From positions 9,232,239-9,296,238 of the forward strand of contig MU058636.1 of assembly GCA_013265495.1 (NCBI GenBank): a DNA stretch of 64,000 nucleotides, written 5' to 3'. This DNA is from Vicugna vicugna (taxonomy: Eukaryota). Positions 23,915 to 35,292 of the stretch are shown here, one piece after another. A program made the position numbers and the translations under genes. The notes below the pieces were generated by a model. The model had not been told where the DNA came from. It worked only from the letters and a program-made list of their open reading frames with translations, and made no database searches. Numbering within the stretch: position 1 is the first letter of the stretch; each line of letters begins with the position of its first letter.

Positions 23915-26060
23915 GGAACAAACATAAGAATGACTGCAAATTACAAGACAATGGAATGCCTATAAATTGCTGGGGGAAAAGGTCAATTTAGAATTCTACA
24001 TCCAGCAAATGTTTCTTTGAAATGTGAAGAAAAATAGACATTTCAAAGTAATAAAAGCTGAAAATATTTCTTGCCATCAAATATGTAAGCAATATTAAAG
24101 GAGGATCTTTAGTCTGAAAGAAAAGGATGCCAGTTGGAAACTTGGATCTACATAAAGGAAAAAAAAGGACCTGAAATGGTAAATTTGTGGCTAAATATAA
24201 AGGACATTTTAAAAAATTTATTTTAAAAATAAATGACTGTTTAAAGCAAAACTGGTAACAGTGTATACTGATGTTTATATAACATGTAGAAGTAAAAAGT
24301 ATGACAAATATCAAAGGGCAAGATGGGGAAATGAAAACATACTGTTGTCAGAATATGAGAAGTGGTATAATATCATTTGAAAGTAGACGCTGCCAACTTT
24401 AAGAGGAATATTATAAATTCTAACGTAAATGAAAATGAAACAAATGTATAGATAATAAACCAATGAAAGAAGGTAAAATGCTATACAAATAGGCAATTCC
24501 AAAAGCAGCCTAGAAAAGAGGGAAAAGGGACAAAGAACAAACAGGGCATACAGAAAACATGACAGTACATTTAAACCCAGTGTATTAAATGTTACATTAT
24601 ATGTAAATCGTTTAAATAACGTGAAAATTTAGTGATTGTCAGACTGGATAAAAAAGATGGGTATGAAAGATGAACTTTATATATAAAACAGGATAGTTAA
24701 TGATACAAATAAACTTATTTACAAGATAGAGACTCATAGACATAGAAAATGAACTTATGGTTACCAAAGGGAAAAGGGGGGAATGATAAATTAGGAGTTT
24801 GGGATTAGCAGGTGCAAGCTACTATGTATAAAATAAACAACAAGGTTCTAATGTATAACACAAGGAACTACGTTCACTATTTTGTGATAACCTATAATGA
24901 AAAACATACATATATATATGTATAGAACTGAATCACTATGCCATACACCAGAAATTAACACAACATTGTAAATCAACTATACTTCAATAATAAAAGAAGA
25001 CGGGATAGTTAAAAGTGAGAGAAAGAAAAAAGATTTTTCATTACAAACAGTAATTATAAGAAAGCTGAAGTAGCTATATTACTGTCAGAGTAGATTTCGG
25101 AGCCAGAAATATTACCAGGGATAAAGAGAGAAAGTTTATATGATAAAAGGATCAGTATATCAAAAAGAGCTAAAAAGCAAAATGGCTATGATTAATAGCA
25201 GTTTAGAAATACATCCAAGGAAAATTTGACAGTAAAAGAAAAATCCACCATCAGAGCTGGAAATTTTAACACCCATCTCTCGACAACTAATAGAACAACT
25301 AGCACACATACAAAATCGGTAAAGATGTAGGTCATCTGAATAATGCCATCAACTTTGACCAAGTGGATATTTAGAGAACACTGTACAATAACCACAGGAT
25401 ACACATCCTTTCTAAGTGCACAGGGAACAGTCACTAAGTTAGATCACAAGTGATGCCACAGAATGGGCTCAAGAAATTTAGAAGATTTGGAATCATACAG
25501 AATGTATTTTTCTGACTACATTTGAATTAAATTAGAAATCAAAACCCATTTAAGATCTGGAAAAAAAATCCCTAAATATTTAGAAACTAAATATTACATT
25601 TGTACATAACTTAGGCTACCCAGAAAAAAAAAAAAACACAACAGGAGTAGGAAAATACGGTGAAGTAAATGAAAATGAAAATACAGTGAGTCAAAATATG
25701 TGAGATGCATTTAAAGCAGTGGTTAGAAAGATGTATAGTTTTAAATATGTGAGGAAAGAAGAAAATCTAAAATCAATGGTTTATGATTCCACCTTAAAAA
25801 GAAACAGGTGCACATTTAACCAAAGATTAGTGAGGAAAAAATAAAGAAATACATGGAAATCAAGTAGAAAAACACAAAATTAATGCAACTAAAAGCTAAA
25901 TATTGGAAAAAATCGATGAAATTGACAAACCTTGACTAGCTATACTGATCAAGGGGAAAAAGGAAATTACTGATATCAGAAAAGAAAGTAGTTTTATTTC
26001 TCCAGACATCGAAAGAATAATAAATGCAAGAACTTTATACCATAAAATTCGACCATTTAG
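23915..26060 (+). mobile_element. Old L1: ORF1 end through ORF2 endonuclease region, degenerate
   Basis: TAGAATTCTACATCCAGCAAA, AAAGCTGAAGTAGCTATATT..GTAGATTTC, GAATTAAATTAGAAATCAA, ATGAAATTGACAAACC; A-rich. Confidence 0.8.
24701..25000 (+). mobile_element. Younger cetartiodactyl-type L1 3' end nested in the old L1
   Basis: GACATAGAAAATGAACTTATGGTTACCAAAGGG...CATTGTAAATCAACTATACTTCAATAA, with target-site duplication GGATAGTTAA at 24691-24700 and 25003-25012. Confidence 0.85.
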
Positions 26061-26062
26061 AT

Positions 26063-26220
26063 CAGGAGCTGGCAAATTTCTGTGACAAGCCAGCTAGTAA
26101 ATATCTTGGACTATTGGGCATACAATCTGCCCCAACTACTCAGCTCTGCCCCTCCAGCGTGAAAGCCGCAACAGTGTGTAAATGAATGGCTGTGGATGTG
26201 TCCACACAAAACTCTCCTTA
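26063..26220 (+). mobile_element. MER58A-like hAT-Charlie DNA transposon, 3' part missing
   Basis: CAGGAGCTGGCAAAT..TAGTAAATAT..CAACTACTCAGCTCTGCC..GTAAATGAATGG. Confidence 0.75.
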
Positions 26221-26233
26221 GAAATGTTACTGA

Positions 26234-26292
26234 TCCTGAGTTCAATCCCCAGTACCTCCAAAGAAAAAGAGGGGGAAAAAAAAAGGAAAAAG
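26234..26292 (+). mobile_element. 5'-truncated Vic-1-like SINE
   Basis: TCCTGAGTTCAATCCCCAGTACCTCCA plus A-rich tail. Confidence 0.75.
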
Positions 26293-28934
26293 ACATTTCT
26301 GACACATCCATGGATGTGGATTAATCTCAGACGTATTGTGCTACTTGCTCGATAACCTTGACCTATGAGTGCATCTAGAGAGTGAGAGAGAATGGTTGGG
26401 GGTGAAAGGAAGTAAAATGATTTGGGCAGCTGTTGTATAGCAGATGCTGGGAAACGCGAAATGGATGAATTCACTGCCAACTGAAATCAGAGAGCAGGAA
26501 TATTGAATGCGTCAAGTGTTCTGATTCCTTCTGCTTTCTTTAGCCATGATTTGCAGCCGAGAAAGCAAGTAGGCATTACTAAGGATTCAGGATTACAGAG
26601 CACACATGGCTGCTGAGATACGTATGGTGTTAGGAACAGCCATGCAGACTTGGAGAAACAGTTGGAACAGGAAACTTAATGGGTGGGAAGGGGTAAGCAT
26701 GGAAAACCCTGGTTAGAATGAAGAAGAGTTGAGCATGCAGGAAAGAGGAGAGGTGATAGGGAAGAATGATTTGGATGAAGAAAAATTACTTTCCGTGGCA
26801 GGTGACATATTATGCAACATGAACTTACCAAATTAGTACAGTAATGGCAGGCAGCTAAGGCTGAAAACATAAAACCCTTCTAGCAGGGACAGACGTGGAA
26901 AAAGTCCCTGTCTTCTGGAGGGAATAACCTCAATAGACATCAGCCTTATCAACTTGTAGCTCTGACAGTAATGTCACATCCTCCTTAATTGATGGCTCTC
27001 AATGACATATATATGTATTTTTTAGAGTTATTTTGTGTCCAGTCTCCCAATCCGTTTGGGTGTTACAGTCTGTAATGCAGGGAATATTCTAGGGTATTAT
27101 TCCTACAGGTAGAAGACACGTCTCACTGTAGACAAAAAATGGACTAGAGCATCTTCAGCCTCTCAGCCCTTCATAGGTCTGAAGATGGATGGTTTTACCC
27201 GAGAAAAGGCAGACAAAGAGATTTCAGCTCATCAGTAAAGTGTCTGACTCCTCAAGGAATGGCTGGAGATTAAATTTAAAGTCAACCTTAAATTAATTTA
27301 AAAATACACATAAAATTTATTACTACACCAATTGGATATGTCAGACTGATAACCATCTATGTAGAAACAACAGCTTATAATTAATATAGCAAAAAAAGTG
27401 AACACTACTTTTCCTGTTTTGGAGCATAGGAAAGGCAAGTTTTAAACAAAAGTGTTACTGGGGCATTTGATAGGACATCAACGGTCAAGACCATACTGTT
27501 ATTTTTTAACAGCTTTTGAAAACTTACTTGAAGATTCTCCTCTTGCAATAACCTCTCCCCTTTGTCAATTCTTAACATATTTATTGTTTATTTCTCAGTT
27601 TTGCCCCTAATTATGTCTTATTCTCCATCAGCTTGCAAAGTAATAGAGAATAAAATTTTGCCCTTTCAAATGCCTCAGTGCAATGCACATAATAAATGTT
27701 CGCTCAATACAATCACACCTCAATTCCAAGATCCTTCAAAGGTGGAGAAAAGGACAGCGTTTAAGGCAGGATTTCTCATCTTTTCAGAGCTGGGTCACGA
27801 GCAGCAATGCTGTATCAAGGGGAAGCCTCTCACGAGTGGCTGGTGCAAGCACAGAAAGAAGGAACCCAAGCAGACACTTGTTGGGGCCCGAAGGAGTCCT
27901 CTGTTGCTAAGTCAGAGACAACGCCTTAAACAGATTCACCTTTTCCCGAGTGAACATACAAAGATAAAGAGACGTAACGTTGCTCATCAGGAGAAGAGTG
28001 GAAAGGGACAGAGAAGTCTGATAATGGCATGAGCTACCCAGGCCACCTGTGTTCTCTCTTCCACCACCCATGGACCACCAGAACTTGAAAGGCCACCATC
28101 TAGTAGAATGACTAACCGGGGATGCAGGGGTGAAGTGAAGAATTGGTGGAAATCCTTGCCAGATGTGGTGTCCCACTGGGTCTGTCATCTACCTCCCTGG
28201 AAGTTGCACCTTCTCTGTATATTTAGACCTCATCATGTCCACGCATGTTCAATACATTGCCAGCCTACACGCAGGAGATGCCCCCAAGGCACAGCTCATA
28301 AATGAGAAAAGTCCTATGCAGAGGGATGCCTGCCTGTTTGCAGATACAGTAGTAAACACATTCATCTCAACTGTGTCCATCCACGGATTAGCTCTGCATA
28401 GGAATCAGCAACATGGTCTCATAGAAGCCTTCGCCTTAAAAGGAACAGAAAAGATCAGTCAGGTCAATTCAGTGATGACCTACACTTGTGGTGTAAACCC
28501 AGTCAATTACTTATGGTAATTCAATCTCGAGTGTGATGAAAAGAGGGTGGGCTTGGAGTGTGACATGAAGTTGAGTGTCAATATGTGACGTTGAATCATT
28601 TATTCATTTCTCTGGGGTTTTCAGTTTCCTTTTGTATAAATTAATAAGCTTTTTTTTTCATGAAAATATGATTGTATGAAATCCTGCCTTCTTTTAAGTC
28701 AACATGACCCACTGAGGAAGAAAGTACCTTGTGATTTTGACTTTCCCATCAGGAATCCAGGCTCATTCAATACTTCTACCAATTGCCAAGTGCAAATAAG
28801 ACATAGGGCTTTCCTTGATCTAAAAAATGATTAAACCTATCCCTAAATGTGCATTCTCTTGTTCTTCCTATAAAATCTGCTGTACCCCAACTCAGTCCTC
28901 TTTTCATTCCTAACTTTGCTTATTTCAGTTTCCT

Positions 28935-29450
28935 TCTTAAAAAAAATCAATATGGCCAGAGCTATCCATTTTTCTTCCCAAAGAGCCAGTGACTGCCTTT
29001 GTTGATTCTTTCTATAATATCTTGCTTTTTCTATTTTGGCCCTTATTCTTTCTATCTATTCTCTTTGGGTTTATTCTGCTGTTTTTCTAACTTCTTAAGT
29101 GTACACTTAGCTCATTCTTTAAAAATTCTTCTTTTATTGCATAATGGAATGAATTTCCATCCAAGTTTTCATAGGTAGTATCTGAATTATAATTCAGTTC
29201 CAAATACTTTACTTCCATAATGATTCCTCTTTGAAGTCTGTTTTTAAGTTTATAATTATGAGAAATTTGAGTTATCTTTGTGGTTTTGATTCCTAATTTA
29301 ATTGCATAATAGACAAAGTAATGTGCTTGATACAGACTATCTGCCGTATTTAGACATGAATTATAACTAAGTATATTGTCAATTTTATTAAGCTCCATTT
29401 ATGGTTGTAAAGAATGAGAAATCTCTAACTGCTGTCATTAAATAAAGCTT
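28935..29450 (-). mobile_element. Old L1 ORF2 fragment
   Basis: T-rich with TTATTCTGCTGTTTTTCTAACTTCTTAAG and TTGATTCCTAATTTAATTGCAT. Minus ORF 29087..29398 has degenerate L1-like peptide (YLELNYNSDTTYENL). Confidence 0.7.
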
Positions 29451-30164
29451 GCTAACTGCATTCTTTGAATTTTCTTTAAAAATTTTTCATCTCCTTGAGA
29501 TAGTAATTAATGGGAGACATGTGAATTGGTCCCTTTTCTTTGGATTTTTATCAAATTTTGCTTTATATTTTCTTGTGTTCTTTTTGGAATATAAGGGGAA
29601 AAACCTCAGGGCATTAAAGAACATAAAACCTGGAGTAATTGATTTATATCGATTGAATGTATCATTAGATGGACTTGATTAATTTGAGTATTTTCTCCCC
29701 ACTTCCACTTTTCCAGCCTTTTTTAGTCTGAGGCTCGTTTAATGCCTTGTTGCTTTTATGGTTCCATTAAAGTCTCAGTGCCCAGGGCAGAGTTTTGTAA
29801 AAGGAGGCAGGAGCTGCTTCCGGGATATTTCAAGCCACCTGGAACTTGATGGTACCCGCTTCCCTGAGTCTCTTTCTTTGGAGGTTTCACTTCCAGTGGC
29901 AGTGGCTTGTCACCTAACGGGTGACTTCAGCAGGTGGGAAGGAGGGAACGGGCGCTGTGTCCCCACAGCTTCTTACGCAGTCTGTCACAGTCAAAGAAGG
30001 AGAAGATGAGGCCCTGCCAGCCCATCAAATGAGTTGAATTTAATGAATCTTCTAGTTGACTTACGACCTTTTTTTCTCCCTGTTTCATCTTCCGTGTTTC
30101 TTTTTGTCTCCTGATCCCCTTTATAACCACGAGGAGATGATTGGGTCACTGGTACCTGTTTTTT

Positions 30165-30870
30165 TTCCCCCACTTTTATTAACAGTTAATTCTATGGAGA
30201 TAATTTTAGCTTCAAAGAACTGCAAAAACAGTGTAGCGTTCTCACACATCCTCACCCTTATGTGAACGTCTTCCATAACTATGTACGCTTTTGCCTTATG
30301 TTAATGTCTTCCGTAAACACAGAGCACATTTATCAAAAGAAAGAATACCACCTCATTACAATACTATCAACTGAAGTTAACAAAATAAATAAAATTAGAA
30401 ATCTCTCTGATTTTACCAGGTTTTCAATGAATGTCTTTTTTCTGTTCTAGGGTCCAGTCCAGGATCTCATGTTACATTTAGTGGCTATGTCTCCTTAGTC
30501 TTCTCCAATCTGTGACAATGCCTCTTTCTTCCCTTGTCTTTCACGACCTTGACACTTTCTGTGCTTGGTTATTTTGTGTTGGGTTTGTTCGATGGGTACT
30601 CATGATTTTGCTGAAGTCCTGCATCACTGGAAAGGATACGACAGAAAATAAGTGCCTTTCTCAATGCACCATAGCAGGGGGTACCTGATGCCAGGATGTA
30701 GGTATTACCACGTTAGCCACGACCACTTGGCTAAGACAGGGTCTCCCAGGAAGCTCCTCTGTAAATGTATTATTTTTCCCTTTGCAAAGTGCTACGTGGG
30801 GGGAGTGACACTTTGAAACTGCAAATATCCTATTTGACTTAAAATTTGCAGCCAGCTACTCAAGGTCCAG
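30165..30870 (-). mobile_element. L1MC-like 3' end
   Basis: CTGCAAAAACAGT, TTCTAGGGTCCAGTCCAGGATC..TTACATTTAGTGG, CCACTTGGCTAAG. Confidence 0.65.
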
Positions 30871-31517
30871 TCCTCTGTGGGCATCCAGTGGAGGCCCGGG
30901 AGGTTATTGAAACTTCTTTTTCCCTCCCAGCAGAGGCCTCCCACTGGGTTGGCTTACGAGCTTACCTTGCAGGCTTTCAGTTTCCTTTTGGCCCCACTGC
31001 TTCTTGCTGTCTTTCAATCTCAGTTCATACACTTGAAAGAATGCTTTTTATATTTTACCCAGTATTTCTCTGCATTTCGTAATGGGGCTTTTTTTTTCAG
31101 ATTATGCCAGCGTCTTGTTGAACATGATCATTGCTTCCACCCGCACATGTACATTGACACGGATACACACCTATTTTCTCAGGGCAATTGTTACAATGGC
31201 TATATTTTCTGAGTCCAAGATAAAGATTTCTGTCCTGAAAAAAGACTCGTCTTGGCTTGTGACAGTTTTTTATGTGAAAAGACTTAAAACTGTATAAAAA
31301 TTAAATAAATGTCAAAAATTATTATACATTTAATCATTTTTTTGGAAAGAAGAAAATGATATAAAATTGAGACAATCACAGAAGACACTGGATATACGTT
31401 CTCTGCACCCAAGACTCAGTGATCATGTTGCTCAGCCCCTCTGCTTCTGCTCTGAGCACATGGTCTACAACACAGCTGCGTCTGCGGGACGTTGAGCTCC
31501 ACTGTTTTTCTGTATTT

Positions 31518-31553
31518 GATGAAGAAGGTGATGATGAAGATGATGATGATGAT
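31518..31553. repeat. Imperfect (GAT)n trinucleotide repeat
   Basis: Directly visible. Confidence 0.85.
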
Positions 31554-31978
31554 ATGAGCAAATAACTACTATTTCTAAATAATGGGTGTACAGTATACTT
31601 AACAAAATAGTTCTTAACATTAAACAAAAATTTCTATCACTGCCTGTTGCTGTTTTATCACATTGCCCATGTCTGATTTCTATACTGATACCACAGATAC
31701 CCTTCCAGCATGCTTATTTCTGTGAAGGTTTCTTTTTTTTTTTTTTTTGATTGGTGCCATCTGTCATTATAACTCATCTTCCATGCTGAGTGGCTTTGCA
31801 TGTGGTGATTACTGGTTTCCTAGCCCCCTTGGACCTCACAGTTCTCCAGGAAGGAGGAGGATCTCACTCTGGCTGTATTCAGATACCTGACTCATCTGAA
31901 TTTCCTGCTGAGATGAAAACCTAAAGTGGAAAGTCAATTAAGTGCTCTCTGTTTAGGTTGGGGTGGAGATTGAGGTTC

Positions 31979-32016
31979 TGCGCGCGCGCGTGTGTGTGTG
32001 TGTGTGTGTACATGCA
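31979..32016. repeat. (CG)5(TG)n compound microsatellite
   Basis: Directly visible. Confidence 0.95.
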
Positions 32017-32904
32017 AGTGTGCTCATTTGGAGAGTGAGGCTAAGTCTCATTGCTCAATAAAGCAAGGAACAGATGGCACTGTCAGTTCCAGGCACAGCA
32101 CAATCACACACCATATGAGCATTCCCAAACAGTGCTGCATGTGCAGCCCCAAGCTGCCAGCCGTCCCTCGGATACCTAAATCCCAGAGCTCCAAGAGAGC
32201 ATATTGCACTGCATTCCTCTGAACAATAAAAATCACTTGACTTTCTGTCTTCCCTCTACATTCCTTCCCCCACCCTGCTCCCTGGGGCAAGCTGGAGATG
32301 AGCTTCAAACTCAAATTCTATGAAATCAAGTCTTTAGTCATTTGTTTTCTCAGGCAAAGAGATACCGACACATGGTGATGCTGTAAATAATTGAGTGAGA
32401 CTCATCGCAATGAATGTGAAAATTATTTATTCACTGAACAAATATCTGAAACTCTCTCTTTATGAGCCAAAGTCTGTGTGGAATAGACAGTAATGCTGTT
32501 TTAAAAGTACAACCTCTGCCCTCAAGCCAGTAATAAATCAGAGGCAACAAGACACACAATATGGCCAAAATACGAGTTGGAACAGAAACAGCATAAAGTG
32601 AAAAAGAGTTCAAATGAATGACATCACTGCTAATTGAGAGGATAAACTTTGTGAAGAACAGTAACTGAGAAAGTCATAGTCATCTAAGACAAGGGTGTTG
32701 TAGCTTACTACTGAATTAATAAAAATTATATACATAGTACTAGAATACTTTCTATTTCCATCACTAGTCTTTTAGCCCAGGAAAATTAAAATGAGAAAAA
32801 AATGTATTATGTTAACTAGCTTGGGGATTGGGGCATTTTATTCTCAATGAAGAAATTCCTTTGCAAGAGTTTCTCTTCTGTTTGAAAACTTTCAATCCAA
32901 CTGG

Positions 32905-33480
32905 CGCTCACACATTGCTGCTTGAGGGTGAACGGGTACTACCACTTGGGAAAAGCAAACCTAAGTATAGGCATATCTCATGATCCAACAAGTCTGCTCC
33001 TATATATAGTCACCAAAAGGCCCGACCTAGAATATTAAGAGCCGCGTTATGTAGTTCCAAACTGGACGCTACCCATTTAAATGCCCACTGACACTAAAAT
33101 TGATAACCATATCATGGAATGATGCACTCAATGGAATGCCATACGAAGATAAACGGATGATATATAGTTACATAGACGTATCTACACACATGTCGATGAA
33201 TCTCTCAGACAGAAAGTTGAGCATAGAAGACAGATACAAAGAAGTGGATAATCTATGTTTTTTATAAAGTCTATAAACTGAGCTGTTAGAAGTCAGGGTA
33301 ATTGTTACCTTGGGGGGTAGTAAGTGGGTGGGAGCAGAAGGAGGGGCTTCTGAGGTGTCGGTAAATTTACAATTTCTTTTTTCTGGGTTCTGGTTAAATG
33401 ACTGTGTTCAGTTTATGAAGAATGATCAGATTTTACTTTCATGATGTGTATACTTTTCTGTAATATATTTTGATAAAAAG
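32905..33480 (+). mobile_element. L1ME-like 3' end
   Basis: ACCACTTGGGAAAA, CAATGGAATGCCATAC, GTTAGAAGTCAGGGTAATTGTTACCTTGGGG. Confidence 0.7.
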
Positions 33481-33719
33481 TCTTAGAATGTTTTCTCAAA
33501 TTAAGATACCCTAGATTTCTCAAATACACAGCATAGAATAATTAACTTAATTGACCTTGCTTTTGATCACTGAGACTTAGTTCTTTGTCTTATTATTATT
33601 ATACGAATCTGATTTGATCTCTAATGACCATTCTGCACAGATAAAATGTGGTTTTTGTCAACATGCAAGTGTAGATAAGTCAGGATTGAGGTACTCTAGG
33701 TTCTTCTCCTTAAATATTG

Positions 33720-34880
33720 CTCAACAAAGTCTCTCCTTCTGTCTCTCTCTGCCTTCTCTCCCATCTCTACACGCCCTCGCACTCACTCTGTGGCTTCAGT
33801 TTGCACCACTGACGAGTAATACCCAGATTTCTGGCACTTTTCCTCCTTAGCTGCAGAGACACCTTAACAGCATCTTCACTTGGATTGCCTCCCAGGCCCT
33901 TTATGTGAAAAATGTGAACGTGGTATCCCCCTCACAAAAGCTCCCTTCCCTGGGGGGCTCCTGGTCATGGTGGAAAAACCTCACTCTCTAATTCACAGAA
34001 AGTCATCCTAGACCCCACCCTCTTCCTTCTCCCCGCCTCCCACCTCTACTGAGTCCACACGTTTCGTCAGTTCTGCCTCCTAAAGAGCTGCTCAGTCTCT
34101 CTCTATCCATCTTCAGTTCCAAGTCCACTCGGGGGAACTTGTGGAGTAAATGAATCTCCTCCTGATTCTCAGCCAACCACTTCGCACATATCTCGTCCTT
34201 CTACAAATCTTTATTTACATGAATAAAAGTCTACTGTACTAGCTGCCCAGAACAAAAATCTTTGGGTTGTCCTTGACTCGGCTCTCACACATCCAAATGG
34301 TAACTCTATCTGCAAAACATATCCAGAATCTGGCCATTTCTTATCACCTCTTTCACATCCTTACCACCTTGATTCAACACAGGCCGCTCTCACACCTGTC
34401 TTGTGGTCCACCTGCATCGTCCAGTGAACTGTGCCCAGGACATCACACCACTGCGTGCACACTCTCTTCTCATGCTGAGGCTGCCCATCCCTCTCTCAAC
34501 AATCTGGATAATTCTTTCCCGTCATCTGAGCTGCACAGATCCTATCGTGTCTCTAGGAACTCTCCCCTGGATCCCTCAGACCGAGCTACTACTCTATGAC
34601 TTTATTTATTTTTATACTCTGAGCTCATTGCCTAGCAAGTAGTTGATTCTCAATAAATTCAGAGACACTTACGGTGAATGAATCTACCGCACTGAGCCCT
34701 GCCATTTGCCTCTTGCAAACATTTATTATAACACTTCTCACATCCTATTGCAATTTTTGATTTTCATGTCTCACTTCCTCATCAGGTTATGAGCTATTCA
34801 AGGTCAGGAAATGTGTGTCTTCATTATTTTTGCATTCTCTGTATGCTCATAGTAGTGTTCAAGAATAATTACTAAAAGCA
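33720..34880 (+). mobile_element. L2 fragments
   Basis: Pyrimidine-rich with AGTCATCCTAGAC, CAAAACATATCCAGAATCTGGCCATTTCT and TATGAGCTATTCAAGGTCAGG 3' end. Confidence 0.6.
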
Positions 34881-34927
34881 TAAGAACACAAATGAGTTGA
34901 GACTGTACGTATGTCTTTTGTGCTAAC

Positions 34928-35292
34928 TGCTGTGGACTGAATTGTGTTCCCCTAATAGATGCTGAAGCCCTCACCTTCAGTGTGATGGTATGAGGAGATG
35001 AGGCCTTTGGGACTTAATCAGGTTTAGATGAGATCATGAGGTAGCGGGGCTCATGATGGAATTAGTATCCTCATAAGAAAAGACACCAGAGAACACTCCA
35101 CGTCTCTCTCTCTCTTTCCTATGTGAGAAAACAGCTAGAATCAGCTGTCTGAATACTAGGAAGAGAGCTCTCATCAGAACCTGACCATCCTGGTACCCTG
35201 ATCTTCTCAGGCTCCAGAACTGTGGGAAAATAGATTTCTGTTGTCAAAGCCGTCCAGTCAATGGTATTTTGTTATGGCAGCCTACAACTAGC
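34928..35292 (+). mobile_element. MaLR LTR (MLT1A-like)
   Basis: TGTGGACTGAATTGTGTTCCCC, GGTTTAGATGAGATCATGAGG, CTCCAGAACTGTG, GGTATTTTGTTATGGCAGCC. Confidence 0.85.

Noticed and set aside
27520..28519. 156-aa and 118-aa ORFs and a minus-strand GTAAGT donor near 27527
   Set aside because: No recognisable protein family and no consistent acceptor/donor/frame set.
31376..31627. ORF with a poly-Ser run
   Set aside because: Produced by the (GAT)n microsatellite.
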